From: Candidatus Altimarinota bacterium | Lineage (GTDB): Bacteria > Patescibacteriota > Gracilibacteria > UBA4473 | Direction: 5' to 3' | Length of the DNA stretch: 64,000 bases | Assembly (NCBI GenBank): GCA_020631075.1 | Contig: JAHDHX010000007.1 | Span: forward strand, 3,192 to 67,191 | Shown: one piece after another, positions 52,484 to 61,051 of the stretch | How the letters are laid out: every line of letters begins with the position of its first letter | How positions within the stretch are numbered: the first letter of the stretch is position 1 | Translations under genes and position numbers: made by a program | Notes under the pieces: model-generated | What the model saw: the letters and a program-made list of their open reading frames with translations, nothing else | What the model was told of the DNA's origin: nothing | Database searches by the model: none

Positions 52484-53147
52484 AGCTGCGACACTGCCCC
52501 CTTCGCCACGCCTCTATCTTCGCATGGTGCCCACTCAGCAGCACGTCGGGCACGGCCATCCCCGCATACTCCGCAGGCCGTGTGTAGTGCGGGTACTCCC
52601 GCTTGCGGTCGAGTGCCACACTGAAGGACTCCTCGGCGACCGACTCCGCCGTGCCCACCACGCCGGGGCGCAGCCGCGCGACGGAGTCCATCAGCACCTG
52701 CGCGGGCAGCTCTCCTCCTGTCAGCACATAGTCCCCAATGCGGTATTCATGTTGCACCAGCGCTTCCCGCACGCGGTAGTCCACCCCCTCATAGTGCCCA
52801 CACAGGATGATCATCCGCTCCCCACGGTCACCCGCCGCCCAGGTTTCTGCCTCGGGCTGGGCCCACGGTTGGCCCTGCGGGGTGAGGTACACCACTGGCG
52901 CAGGCGCTTCCCCCATCGCCTGCACCGCCTCCACCGCCTTAAATATTGGCTCACACATCATCACCATCCCGGGCCCGCCGCCATAGGGCACGTCGTCCAC
53001 CTGACGGTGCCGCAGCGTTGAGTAGTCCCGAATATCATGACAATGCACCGAGATCAGCCCCCGCTCGACCGCCCGCCCGATGATCGAGTGCCCCGTGAAG
53101 GCCGCAAACGCTTCTGGAAACAGTGTCAAGACATCAAATCGCATCAA
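52482..53147 (-). CDS. trmD: tRNA (guanine37-N1)-methyltransferase
   Basis: MRFDVLTLFPEAF.., ..GGGPGMVM.. and ..LLSGHHAKIEAWRR.. are present. The C-terminus ends only 6 aa after WRR, directly at the repeat array. Confidence 0.9.
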   Translation of the reverse strand: MMRFDVLTLFPEAFAAFTGHSIIGRAVERGLISVHCHDIRDYSTLRHRQVDDVPYGGGPGMVMMCEPIFKAVEAVQAMGEAPAPVVYLTPQGQPWAQPEAETWAAGDRGERMIILCGHYEGVDYRVREALVQHEYRIGDYVLTGGELPAQVLMDSVARLRPGVVGTAESVAEESFSVALDRKREYPHYTRPAEYAGMAVPDVLLSGHHAKIEAWRRGQCRS

Positions 53148-53157
53148 GGAAGAGTCT

Positions 53158-53349
53158 TACGGAAACACTGATAAAGTCAAAAAGACGTGAAAACAACTGA
53201 GAAAGAGTCGCCACCAAAAAAGTATCTTTGGGGTGCTTTTTCACTCCAGAACCGTCACAGGGTCGAGAGACCCCGTGAGAACCCGTCGTAAAAAATCATC
53301 CCCAAATCTTTCTTTTTGTGCTTGGCGAGATTGTATCAGTGTTTCCGTA
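53158..53349. mobile_element. MITE-like element, family B (TA-flanked, 14-16 bp perfect terminal inverted repeats)
   Basis: TA-CGGAAACACTGATA at 53158-53173 pairs with TATCAGTGTTTCCG-TA at 53334-53349. The 192-bp element is non-coding. It sits in the divergent trmD / purC promoter region, 11 nt from the trmD ATG. Confidence 0.6.
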
Positions 53350-53467
53350 CCCACTCCTGCCCCCCCGCGCAAGCCTCATCGCAAGCACCTCGCAAAAATC
53401 TCACTTTTTCCTCCTCAAACCAAGCGCAGAATACTACCATACCCGTGACCTTTCTTGCCCCCGCGTT

Positions 53468-54493
53468 ATGCCCACCCCCGACACCCCCGCCCTGACCGCC
53501 CGCCTCACCGCCGACCTGGCCGACTGCATCGACACGCTCCCTTTTCCCGCTGGGGCCACCGTCCACCGCGGCAAAGTGCGCGAGTCACTGCTGCTCAGTC
53601 CCACCCATCGGGCGATCGTCGTGACCGACCGCATTTCTGCGTTTGACCTCGTCCTGGGCACAGTCCCGCACAAGGGCCGCGTGCTGTCTCAGCTGGCCGC
53701 CTGGTGGTTTGAGCAGATCGGCGACACCGTTCCCACCCACTTCATCGCCCAGCCCGACCCCAATGTCACCCTCACCCGCACCGCCACCCCCCTCCCGGTC
53801 GAGATCGTCATCCGCGGCTACCTCACCGGCAGCACCAGCACGTCCAGCTGGCACGCCTACCAGCACCACGACCAGGTCATCTGTGGCTACCGCATGCCCG
53901 ACAACATGGTCAAAAACCAGCCCTTCGCCGAGCCCATCATCACCCCCACCACCAAGCCCACCGACGGCACGCACGACGCCCCCATTTCCCCTGAGCAGAT
54001 AGTCGCCCAGGGGCTCGTCACGGCGGACGTCTACGCCCGCGCCGAAGAAATCGCCCGCACCCTCTTCGCCCTCGGGCAACGGGTCGCGGCTGACCGCGGG
54101 TTGATCTTGGTCGACACCAAATACGAAATGGGCCTCACCCCCGACGGCGAGCTCATCGTCATCGATGAAGTCCACACCCCCGACTCCAGCCGCTACTGGC
54201 TGGCCGACACTTATCACGACCGCATGGCCCAGGGGCAGGAACCAGACATGTTCGACAAAGAGTTTGTCCGCCGCCAGCTGGTGGCGAAGGGCATCGACAT
54301 CACAGCCGACACCAGCACCTACGACGGCACCAAGTTTATGACCGACGACCTCCGCGTCAGCGCCGCCCTGCGCTACCTGCAGCTCTTCCAGCAGATGACC
54401 GGCCAGCCGCTCACTCTGCCCAGCGCGGGCACTGCCCCCACCCCCCGCATCATGGCCGTCTTGTCTGACCTCATGGCCCAGTACGGCGGGTGA
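53468..54493 (+). CDS. purC: phosphoribosylaminoimidazole-succinocarboxamide (SAICAR) synthase, long form
   Basis: ..HRGKVRESLLL.., ..VTDRISAFD.., ..VEIVIRGYLTGS.. and ..LVDTKYEMG.. are present. The start was chosen at MPTPDTP. Confidence 0.85.
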   Translation: MPTPDTPALTARLTADLADCIDTLPFPAGATVHRGKVRESLLLSPTHRAIVVTDRISAFDLVLGTVPHKGRVLSQLAAWWFEQIGDTVPTHFIAQPDPNVTLTRTATPLPVEIVIRGYLTGSTSTSSWHAYQHHDQVICGYRMPDNMVKNQPFAEPIITPTTKPTDGTHDAPISPEQIVAQGLVTADVYARAEEIARTLFALGQRVAADRGLILVDTKYEMGLTPDGELIVIDEVHTPDSSRYWLADTYHDRMAQGQEPDMFDKEFVRRQLVAKGIDITADTSTYDGTKFMTDDLRVSAALRYLQLFQQMTGQPLTLPSAGTAPTPRIMAVLSDLMAQYGG

Positions 54494-54538
54494 GTTACCG
54501 CTTGGTCACACAACGCAAAGACCCCACCACACAGCCCT

Positions 54539-55327
54539 CTAATTGCAAAATCTTCCTAGCAACTGCCACGTCAGGTCAAACGACCGCCGATGAAAATCAG
54601 CAATCTCCGCACTGTGGATCAGTAACGCCATCGTTTCCTTCCACGACGCGATCATCACCTTATCGTCATACACATTCAGCTCTGGCGAAAACTCATACAA
54701 CTCAGAGTCTATCAGCCGTATTTCCCGCATTTCATCAGGGTCACGGGCCTGTCGCGCCCGCCCCAGTGGCGTGTCGGGTGAAATCGTGTAAATAAACAAC
54801 CCCGCCTCGACCCGCCGTTGGTAATACTCAGGAAAAAATCCAGGCAACCCCGCGTGCATCTCATCCACATTGGCCCACGCACGGATGGGCTCCGTCGCCG
54901 TCAGCGTGTCTTCATACGCCTGCACCAGCGCTTTTTCCCCTTCATATATTTTCACCTTGGGCTTGGTCGACAGCGGGTTTTGTAGGGACGCCAATTCAGG
55001 GATCACCCGCTCAATGATCTGGCGTTGGCGCGTGTGCTGCTGGAGGTACGCATCCCGCTCACGGTCGAGGAACCGCGTCAGGTTCGCAGGGTCGAGCACT
55101 TGATAGTACCGCACCGCCCCCCGGTTACTGGTCGAAGCCAACCCCCGTTTGACGAGCCCCGCAAACACGTCGTAGAGCGTCGTGCGCCCCAGTCCCGTGT
55201 GCCGCGCCATGGCGGATATCCCCTGCGGCCCCAGCCCCAAGGAGGCCAGATACACCGTCGTCTCTTTTTCCGTCAGGCCGATCTCACGCAGGATCTTATG
55301 CAAATGGGGTGGGGGAGTGGTCGTCAT
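54539..55327 (-). CDS. TrmB-family transcriptional regulator
   Basis: It has an N-terminal winged HTH (..LREIGLTEKETTVYLASLGLGPQGISAMARHTGLGRTTLYDVFAGLVKRGLAS..) plus a TrmB-type C-terminal domain. It is divergent from the radical SAM gene. Confidence 0.75.
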   Translation of the reverse strand: MTTTPPPHLHKILREIGLTEKETTVYLASLGLGPQGISAMARHTGLGRTTLYDVFAGLVKRGLASTSNRGAVRYYQVLDPANLTRFLDRERDAYLQQHTRQRQIIERVIPELASLQNPLSTKPKVKIYEGEKALVQAYEDTLTATEPIRAWANVDEMHAGLPGFFPEYYQRRVEAGLFIYTISPDTPLGRARQARDPDEMREIRLIDSELYEFSPELNVYDDKVMIASWKETMALLIHSAEIADFHRRSFDLTWQLLGRFCN

Positions 55328-55430
55328 GAGCCTGAGTCTAGCAGAAGTGTTGTCGAAAGTAAACCGACAGTCTTATTTATTGCTATGACTGAGCCAATAA
55401 GGTGCAAGAATGGTTCGTGTCGCCCATATA

Positions 55431-55467
55431 TTTACAATTATAAAAATAAAATAATTATCAAAGAGTA
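55431..55467 (+). promoter_or_regulatory. AT-rich promoter-like motif TTTACAATTATAAAAATAAAATAATTATCAAAGAGTA upstream of the radical SAM gene
   Basis: It begins with the same 10-mer TTTACAATTA as the motif at 57001 and has the same distance (37-38 nt) to an ATG. TTTACA is a -35-like hexamer. Confidence 0.4.
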
Positions 55468-56979
55468 ATGAACAACGCCCCCGACCTCATCGTCATCACT
55501 CCTGAGCACATCTACAATGATCCCGCAGCGCCCTATACGGTTATGCCGGGCTCTGCCTACGCCTTCATTGACAGCGTCGCTGCCCATTGCAAAGGCCAGA
55601 TCCAGCACCTCGACGGTAATTTTGACCACTTCACCCCCGACCGAGTTCACAACCAGCAAGTCGCCCCAGTCATAGGGTTGAGCACCATCGGGTGTATGTA
55701 CGCCGCCGACGTTCGTGAGTTAATGCAAACCATCCGCGAGCAGTGCCTTGACCAGCTCGGGCTCGACCCCCAGTTTGCCGTCGGAGGCTACTGGACATCA
55801 CGCCTCCGCCGTCACGAGTTCAAAACCCTGTTTGGCCCCCGCACCCTCAGCCAGGTTGAGACCTTCCAGCTCCGCCAGGCCCTCGGTGGTGAGCGTGGCC
55901 CCATCAAACCCAAAGAGCAAACCGCCTTCAGTCAGTGGCTCCGACGTGAGCCCCCCGAACGCCAAAAAGCCTACCTCGAGCAGGAAGTCTCTTTTTACTT
56001 CTCTGACGGCTGCGCTTACTTTTGCACCCCCTGCGCGGCCGAGCGCTCGGTCAAAGACCAGCAAGGCAAAACCACGAAGACCGTCCGCAGGCAGTACCGT
56101 GCCGCTGAAGCCGTCTGGCAAGACCTCCAGACACTCGCCGAGCTCAAAGCCGAGCACGGCGGCGGCACCATGAAGCTCTATATGTCCTGCCTCGACGGCC
56201 TGCAAAAAGAAGGCCAACACAAAGAAGACCGTATGCTTGGCTGGTGCCAGATGCTCGCCGCCATGCGCCAGCAGTACCCCACCGTCGACTGGCAGTGGCG
56301 TTGCCTGGCCACGACTCAGTCCACCTTGAGCATCAGCGATGACACCCTCGCGCAGATGCAAGCCGCAGGGCTCAGCCGAGTCGGGCTCGGGTGGGACGGC
56401 ATGAGCCTCCAAGCCTGGGAAGCGTTCGGAAAAGTCATGAATGTCAGTGGCGCCATTAAACGCGGGGACGTCGCCCCCGAAACCAAGTGTTTAGCCGCCT
56501 GCGAAAAGCTCCGTCGCCACGGTGTGCAGGTCGAAGGCCTCTGTGTCGCTGGTAATGAAGGCGCCGACACCCCCGAGACCCTCACCCAACTCCGCGATTT
56601 CTGCGAAGCCGAAATCGGTCGTGGCGCCGTCATCCACACCTACATCACCAAACAAATGGTACCAGGCAACGCAGGGTGGATGAGTGAAGACCCCGTCAAC
56701 CAAGCCACCAGAGAGTACCTGTTGCAGGAGCCCCGCCTCCTACAACTGCTGGACTTCGACGTCGCCGCCACCCCCATCTCTCACCCCCGTTCAGGGCCCG
56801 CATTCATCCAGATGGTCAACGACCACGCCGAAGCCATGAGCCAGCTCCCCCACAGCGGCGACACCGAGTCTGTCGACGCCGTACGGTACGAATACGACCC
56901 CACCAGTGGCCTGTACCACGTTACAGACAGCGCCTGGCGCACGATGAAAAAGCTCAACCGTGGCCGCTACGACCGATAG
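55468..56979 (+). CDS. radical SAM domain protein (with an N-terminal Rossmann/B12-binding-like region)
   Basis: The CxxxCxxC cluster motif is in ..FSDGCAYFCTPCAAE... Later ..GLSRVGLGWDGMS.. fits the radical SAM barrel. Substrate unknown. Confidence 0.65.
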   Translation: MNNAPDLIVITPEHIYNDPAAPYTVMPGSAYAFIDSVAAHCKGQIQHLDGNFDHFTPDRVHNQQVAPVIGLSTIGCMYAADVRELMQTIREQCLDQLGLDPQFAVGGYWTSRLRRHEFKTLFGPRTLSQVETFQLRQALGGERGPIKPKEQTAFSQWLRREPPERQKAYLEQEVSFYFSDGCAYFCTPCAAERSVKDQQGKTTKTVRRQYRAAEAVWQDLQTLAELKAEHGGGTMKLYMSCLDGLQKEGQHKEDRMLGWCQMLAAMRQQYPTVDWQWRCLATTQSTLSISDDTLAQMQAAGLSRVGLGWDGMSLQAWEAFGKVMNVSGAIKRGDVAPETKCLAACEKLRRHGVQVEGLCVAGNEGADTPETLTQLRDFCEAEIGRGAVIHTYITKQMVPGNAGWMSEDPVNQATREYLLQEPRLLQLLDFDVAATPISHPRSGPAFIQMVNDHAEAMSQLPHSGDTESVDAVRYEYDPTSGLYHVTDSAWRTMKKLNRGRYDR

Positions 56980-57000
56980 TATTTTCTGACACCTTAGGTG

Positions 57001-57038
57001 TTTACAATTAATAAATAATATCAATAATAAGGATGAAG
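57001..57038 (+). promoter_or_regulatory. second copy of the TTTACAATTA promoter-like motif, upstream of the PLP-enzyme gene
   Basis: The sequence is TTTACAATTAATAAATAATATCAATAATAAGGATGAAG, followed by ATG at 57039. TTTACA-17 nt-ATAATA is present. It suggests each of the two genes has its own similar promoter. Confidence 0.4.
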
Positions 57039-57902
57039 ATGAGTATCCCTTCACTTTCATTCTACCTCACCGAAGACACCATCCCCACCCCCGTGGGCGA
57101 GGTCACCGTCGTGAGCCTCAACCAAGGCCCCACCGGCACGCATAAGGACATCAAGGCCGCAGAGCTGGTCGAGCAATACACCACCTGGCCCGACCGCCCC
57201 GACGGCCAGCGGCCCCAGCTCTGCATCATCTCGATGGGTTCGTGCGCCCTCGCCGTGCAGCACGCCTTGCGGCAAGCCCAGCAGCCATCCTTGCACGTGG
57301 TCGTCAGTCATTTGATGGCCCAGCACCGCCGCACCATGTTGGCTGAGATTGGCTGTCTTTTGCACCTGACCAACCTCAGTCACGGGCTCAAACCCACCCA
57401 GATCAAAGCCGTCGCAGGGTTGACCGACCACGACATTGACCTCACCAGCTACCACACTCGGGTCTACGCCCAGCTCGCCCAGCACATACTCCAGCAGCAC
57501 CACCCCGACCACGTCTACGTCCCCTACGGCACGGGCCAGCTCTGGGCCGACCTGGCCGAGACGTGGGCCCAGCAGCCCCAGCTCACCCCCGCCCAGCAAC
57601 CCATCCTCCACGGGGTACGGACCAGCAACCCCCAGTCACAGGCCATCAAGCTCTACAGCGACCACCTCCCCTTCGCGCGCGCTATAGACAGTGAAAACGC
57701 CCACATCATGGAGCTCGAAGAAGCCGCCTTGATGATAGCCCGCCGCCAGCTCGAACGACTCGCCATCGACGTTGAGAATTCAGGCGCCGCTGGCTGGGCG
57801 GGCTACCTGCAAAACGAGCGCTACCACCGCCCAGGTGAGCGCATAGTCGTGGTGAATACTGGTCGCGCTCGCCTCCCCAGCGAGTCATCCGACCAACAGT
57901 AA
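57033..57902 (+). CDS. PLP-dependent enzyme, fold type II (tryptophan synthase beta / threonine synthase-like superfamily)
   Basis: ..NQGPTGTHKDIKAAELV.. resembles the NPTGSFKDR PLP-lysine block. ..ISMGSCALAVQHA.. and ..VPYGTGQLWADL.. fit the following conserved loops. The start may be the second ATG at 57039. Confidence 0.55.
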   Translation: MKMSIPSLSFYLTEDTIPTPVGEVTVVSLNQGPTGTHKDIKAAELVEQYTTWPDRPDGQRPQLCIISMGSCALAVQHALRQAQQPSLHVVVSHLMAQHRRTMLAEIGCLLHLTNLSHGLKPTQIKAVAGLTDHDIDLTSYHTRVYAQLAQHILQQHHPDHVYVPYGTGQLWADLAETWAQQPQLTPAQQPILHGVRTSNPQSQAIKLYSDHLPFARAIDSENAHIMELEEAALMIARRQLERLAIDVENSGAAGWAGYLQNERYHRPGERIVVVNTGRARLPSESSDQQ

Positions 57903-57961
57903 GACAGTACTCCCCTCCACACGTCCCCCCCAGCGCAACAATCTCATTGCAAAAGACTCAT

Positions 57962-58323
57962 AGCGAGCGTATTCAAGATGACTCACTGTCAGTTGCAGGC
58001 ATCCGAGCGAGTCGCTCTGACTGTGAAAATTTCAGACTCGTGAGGAGAGAGGAGCGGTGATTGAGCCAGTCGGGAGCGAGAGCGACCCACGCGAAGTTAC
58101 CCCAGCCACGAAAGAATATGAGCGAATGCGAAAGGTTGCGTAGATGCAGCGCAGCGGAATCAAGCCCTCCTGCAGCATTCAAGATGACAGGTGACTGACA
58201 TCCGAGGTGATCGCGCCACCTGACTCACTGCCCAGCGATCGCCGAGGAAAGAGGAGCGATCACGAAGCAGCGCGCACTTTGGGGGCCGCCCCCAAAGCAG
58301 CCACAGCGTAGTGATCCAGCGAC
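57962..58323 (+). repeat. array 3 of the X-Y-Z modular repeats
   Basis: Unit 3a spans 57962-58111 (collapsed X + Y1 + Z). Unit 3b spans 58121-58323 (X2 + Y2 + Z3 nested hairpin). The array ends exactly one nt before the greA stop codon (58324-26). Confidence 0.85.
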
Positions 58324-58827
58324 TCAGCCCACCTTTACTATCTCATATTCATACTCCCCCCCGGGAGCCTTCACTTTCACTTGTTTTTTGGCCTTCATCC
58401 CCACGATGGCCTCCCCCACAGGCGACTCGTTCGAGATTTTATTATTCAACGGATCAGCCTCCGTCGACCCCACAATGTAATACTCCGCCACGTCCCCCGT
58501 GTCGAGCGCCTTGAGCGTCACCGTTGACCCCACTTGGATCGTCCCGTCATTTTTGTCAGCTTCCACGATGTCCGCATACTTGATCTGATCCTCCAACTCG
58601 ATGATCCGCGCCTCAATGAACGCCTGCTGGTTCTTCGCCTCATCATACTCCGAGTTCTCTGACAAGTCACCATAGCTGATCGCCTCCGCCAAACGGTCCG
58701 ACACCTTTTTCCGTTCGGTGGTTTTCAGCTGTTCCAGCTCCGTCACGAGGTTGTCATACCCTTCCTGCGTCAGCAGGAATCGCTTCTCGTCGGTCGCTTT
58801 GGCGGCTTTTTTCTTGGCTGGGGCCAT
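58324..58827 (-). CDS. greA: transcription elongation factor GreA
   Basis: It has an N-terminal coiled-coil (..LTQEGYDNLVTELEQLK..ISYGDLSENSEYDEAKNQQ..) and a C-terminal FKBP-like domain. Length 167 aa. Confidence 0.9.
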   Translation of the reverse strand: MAPAKKKAAKATDEKRFLLTQEGYDNLVTELEQLKTTERKKVSDRLAEAISYGDLSENSEYDEAKNQQAFIEARIIELEDQIKYADIVEADKNDGTIQVGSTVTLKALDTGDVAEYYIVGSTEADPLNNKISNESPVGEAIVGMKAKKQVKVKAPGGEYEYEIVKVG

Positions 58828-58966
58828 AGTGCAGGGGGGTCAGGAAGGAAATTCGGACGCGACTATGACGCAGCCCCCCCCTTTTGGCAAGGGTTTTTAC
58901 TTATTGAGTGTAACACCCCACGCCCCCCGCTTCACATCACCACCCTTTTTATGGTATACTCCCCCG

Positions 58967-59527
58967 ATGAACGCAGAAATTTCCATCCCCAACGACATCC
59001 TTGAGCAAGGCGCCCCCACCGCGCCCGCTCCTGTCGCAGCCCCCGCCCCCAGCGCCTCCACTCGCCCCACCGCCAACTTAATCGACCAGATGGTCCTCGC
59101 CGCCCCTAAGCAAGCCGAGGCAGAGCAGGTCACCACCCCCGAGCGCGTTTCCAACGCCGTTATTCAGATCGACATCGACGAAGTCGCCGCCCAGACCGAA
59201 AACCGCCACGAACGGTTCGAGCAGGGCCAAGCCGAAGACGACGCCGACCTCGGCTTCGGGCAAAAGCACTACCCCGTCGCCCTCCCGGCCAAGGCCGTCG
59301 CCGTCCTCACGCGTGAGCACGACCTGCTGGCCACCGACCACGACCGTCCGTCCCTGTTTGCCCGCCTCTGGGGGTATGAGATCAAAACCGCCGACACCAT
59401 CGCCGACGATATCGAGTCCCAGTGGGGCATGAGCCGTGACAGCGTCGCCGCCAGCCTCTGGACACAATACCAAGAAGACCTCCTCTGCGAAGGCGAGCTC
59501 CGCCCCCCGCAAACGGTCGAGGGCTAG
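58967..59527 (+). CDS. hypothetical acidic protein
   Basis: The ORF starts at MNAEISIPND. A promoter-like TTCACA-18 nt-TATACT lies just upstream. No motif was recognised. Confidence 0.45.
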   Translation: MNAEISIPNDILEQGAPTAPAPVAAPAPSASTRPTANLIDQMVLAAPKQAEAEQVTTPERVSNAVIQIDIDEVAAQTENRHERFEQGQAEDDADLGFGQKHYPVALPAKAVAVLTREHDLLATDHDRPSLFARLWGYEIKTADTIADDIESQWGMSRDSVAASLWTQYQEDLLCEGELRPPQTVEG

Positions 59528-59623
59528 GAGTAAATTCTTGGCAACCTCCCTGTTGCGCTTCATTCTAGCATGTAAGAACACTCCCTAGACATCACCCAAC
59601 CACTGGTGGTACTATTGCACTTG

Positions 59624-59866
59624 ATGACCATCGCTGAGATCAAAGCCCAACTGCACCAACACATCGACCAGATGACAGACGAAGCCGCCCTGCGGGCTTT
59701 GCAGTGGCAGTTGCTGCCGTCGGGTTTGTCCGCTCTGCCAGTGGTGCCAAGCCTAGTGATGACCGATATGCAGGCGCAAACCAAAGCCACCGAGGCCATA
59801 GCCCAAATCGAGGCAGGTTTGGGTGTATCCCACACCGAAGTCACGTCCATGTCAGCCCAATGGTAA
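59624..59866 (+). CDS. antitoxin of a ParD/RelB-like type II toxin-antitoxin pair
   Basis: MTIAEIKAQLHQHIDQMTDEAALRAL.. and ..AIAQIEAGLGVSHTEV.. are typical of addiction-module antitoxins. The stop overlaps the toxin start (ATGGTAA). Confidence 0.55.
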   Translation: MTIAEIKAQLHQHIDQMTDEAALRALQWQLLPSGLSALPVVPSLVMTDMQAQTKATEAIAQIEAGLGVSHTEVTSMSAQW

Positions 59867-60147
59867 AGCGGAAGTTGGTCTGGGCACCGTTAGTGGTCGA
59901 GCAGTGGCGTCAGTCTGTACAATACATGAGAGAGCAATGTGTGCCTGACACGACTATTGCATCACTCCGCCAAGCAATCTTGTCCCAGACAGAGCGTCTT
60001 TTATTGTTGCCACTTATGGGGGCAATTGCCCCTGATATTCCGACATTGCGTCGTGTGCGTGTCCACCAGTGGTGGCTGTATTATCGCATCACAGACACTT
60101 CTATCCAGCTCATCCTCCTCCGCCACACTGCCCAGTCAGCGCGATAA
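59860..60147 (+). CDS. ParE/RelE-superfamily toxin
   Basis: 95 aa. ..LRRVRVHQWWLYYRITDTSIQLILLRHTAQ.. matches the ParE/RelE C-terminal pattern (R..... y.i.Y.i....i.i..i.H..). Confidence 0.6.
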   Translation: MVKRKLVWAPLVVEQWRQSVQYMREQCVPDTTIASLRQAILSQTERLLLLPLMGAIAPDIPTLRRVRVHQWWLYYRITDTSIQLILLRHTAQSAR

Positions 60148-60251
60148 TTTACCACATTCCCCCCTCCCTCGCCACGGCTGTCGCTTGACCACCCTCGGTG
60201 GCGGGGGGTAAGTTTTAACCTGAATATTTCATTTTTTTACACACACCTCAC

Positions 60252-60773
60252 ATGCAGGGAATACAAAAACTAACCCGCGGGTTCACGCTCATCGAGCTCC
60301 TCGTGGTGATCGTCATTATTGGGATTTTATCAGTCGGTGCCATGACCACTTTCAACCAATTCTTTGGTCAAGCCGAAGACGCTGCCCTTGAAACCACTAT
60401 CAGCAACACCGCTCTGGTTGTTACGGGTGACGCTATCCGCCGTCCATTGAATGAGAAATATGATTACGAAGACGCAGGTGGATCGGAAGACACGGGTAGG
60501 GAATTAGCGGATGTATTAACTGAGAATGGTATTTCTCTTAATGATTCTCAGGATACTGTTTGTTATGGATTTGTTGCAGGCTCCGCAGGCACCCCAGCCG
60601 AGTTTGCCATCTACGCCCCCAATTCCGAAGACGATGTAATGTTTGTCGCTGGTACCCAAGGCGGAATTAACATCGTCAATAGTACTTATTCTACAGCAGA
60701 AGAAATTGAAGATTTCGAGAATTGTGAAATAGATGCTTTCGATGGTACATTTAATATCCAAACACTTTACTAG
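60252..60773 (+). CDS. type IV pilin / pseudopilin with a prepilin N-methylation signal
   Basis: The class III signal KLTRG-FTLIELLVVIVIIGIL has Gly-1, Phe+1 and Glu+5. The body is visibly AT-shifted. Confidence 0.8.
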   Translation: MQGIQKLTRGFTLIELLVVIVIIGILSVGAMTTFNQFFGQAEDAALETTISNTALVVTGDAIRRPLNEKYDYEDAGGSEDTGRELADVLTENGISLNDSQDTVCYGFVAGSAGTPAEFAIYAPNSEDDVMFVAGTQGGINIVNSTYSTAEEIEDFENCEIDAFDGTFNIQTLY

Positions 60774-61051
60774 TACTGTGTGTAAGGAAAGCCCCCCCAG
60801 GGGGCTTTTTTTTTACCCCATTTTTTCCCACCCCCCTCCCCCTCCAGCCACGGCTCATGCTCTGTGTCCAGGCTTTGCCCAGCCATCAGCCACTCCAGCG
60901 ACATGGTAGGTTTCAGGACGAGCGTGTTGTCGCGCAGTTCAATGTCTATTTTTTGACCGTCCTGCAGGTTCAGCTTTTCCGCCATACGCTTGGGTATGCG
61001 CAGCCCGAGACTCTTTCCCCACTGGTTCATGGTCACAGTTTGATTCATCAC
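60770..61051 (-). CDS. AbrB/MazE/SpoVT-family antitoxin-like protein, no cognate toxin adjacent
   Basis: ..NQWGKSLGLRIPKRMAEKLNLQDGQKIDIELRDNTLVLKP.. is the swapped-hairpin AbrB/MazE pattern. Its 3' part runs through the pilin terminator and overlaps the pilin stop. Confidence 0.6.
   Translation of the reverse strand: MMNQTVTMNQWGKSLGLRIPKRMAEKLNLQDGQKIDIELRDNTLVLKPTMSLEWLMAGQSLDTEHEPWLEGEGGGKKWGKKKAPWGGFPYTQY
60789..60814 (+). terminator. rho-independent terminator after the pilin gene
   Basis: The stem is AAGCCCCC / GGGGGCTT with loop CCA, followed by a run of 9 T. Confidence 0.65.
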
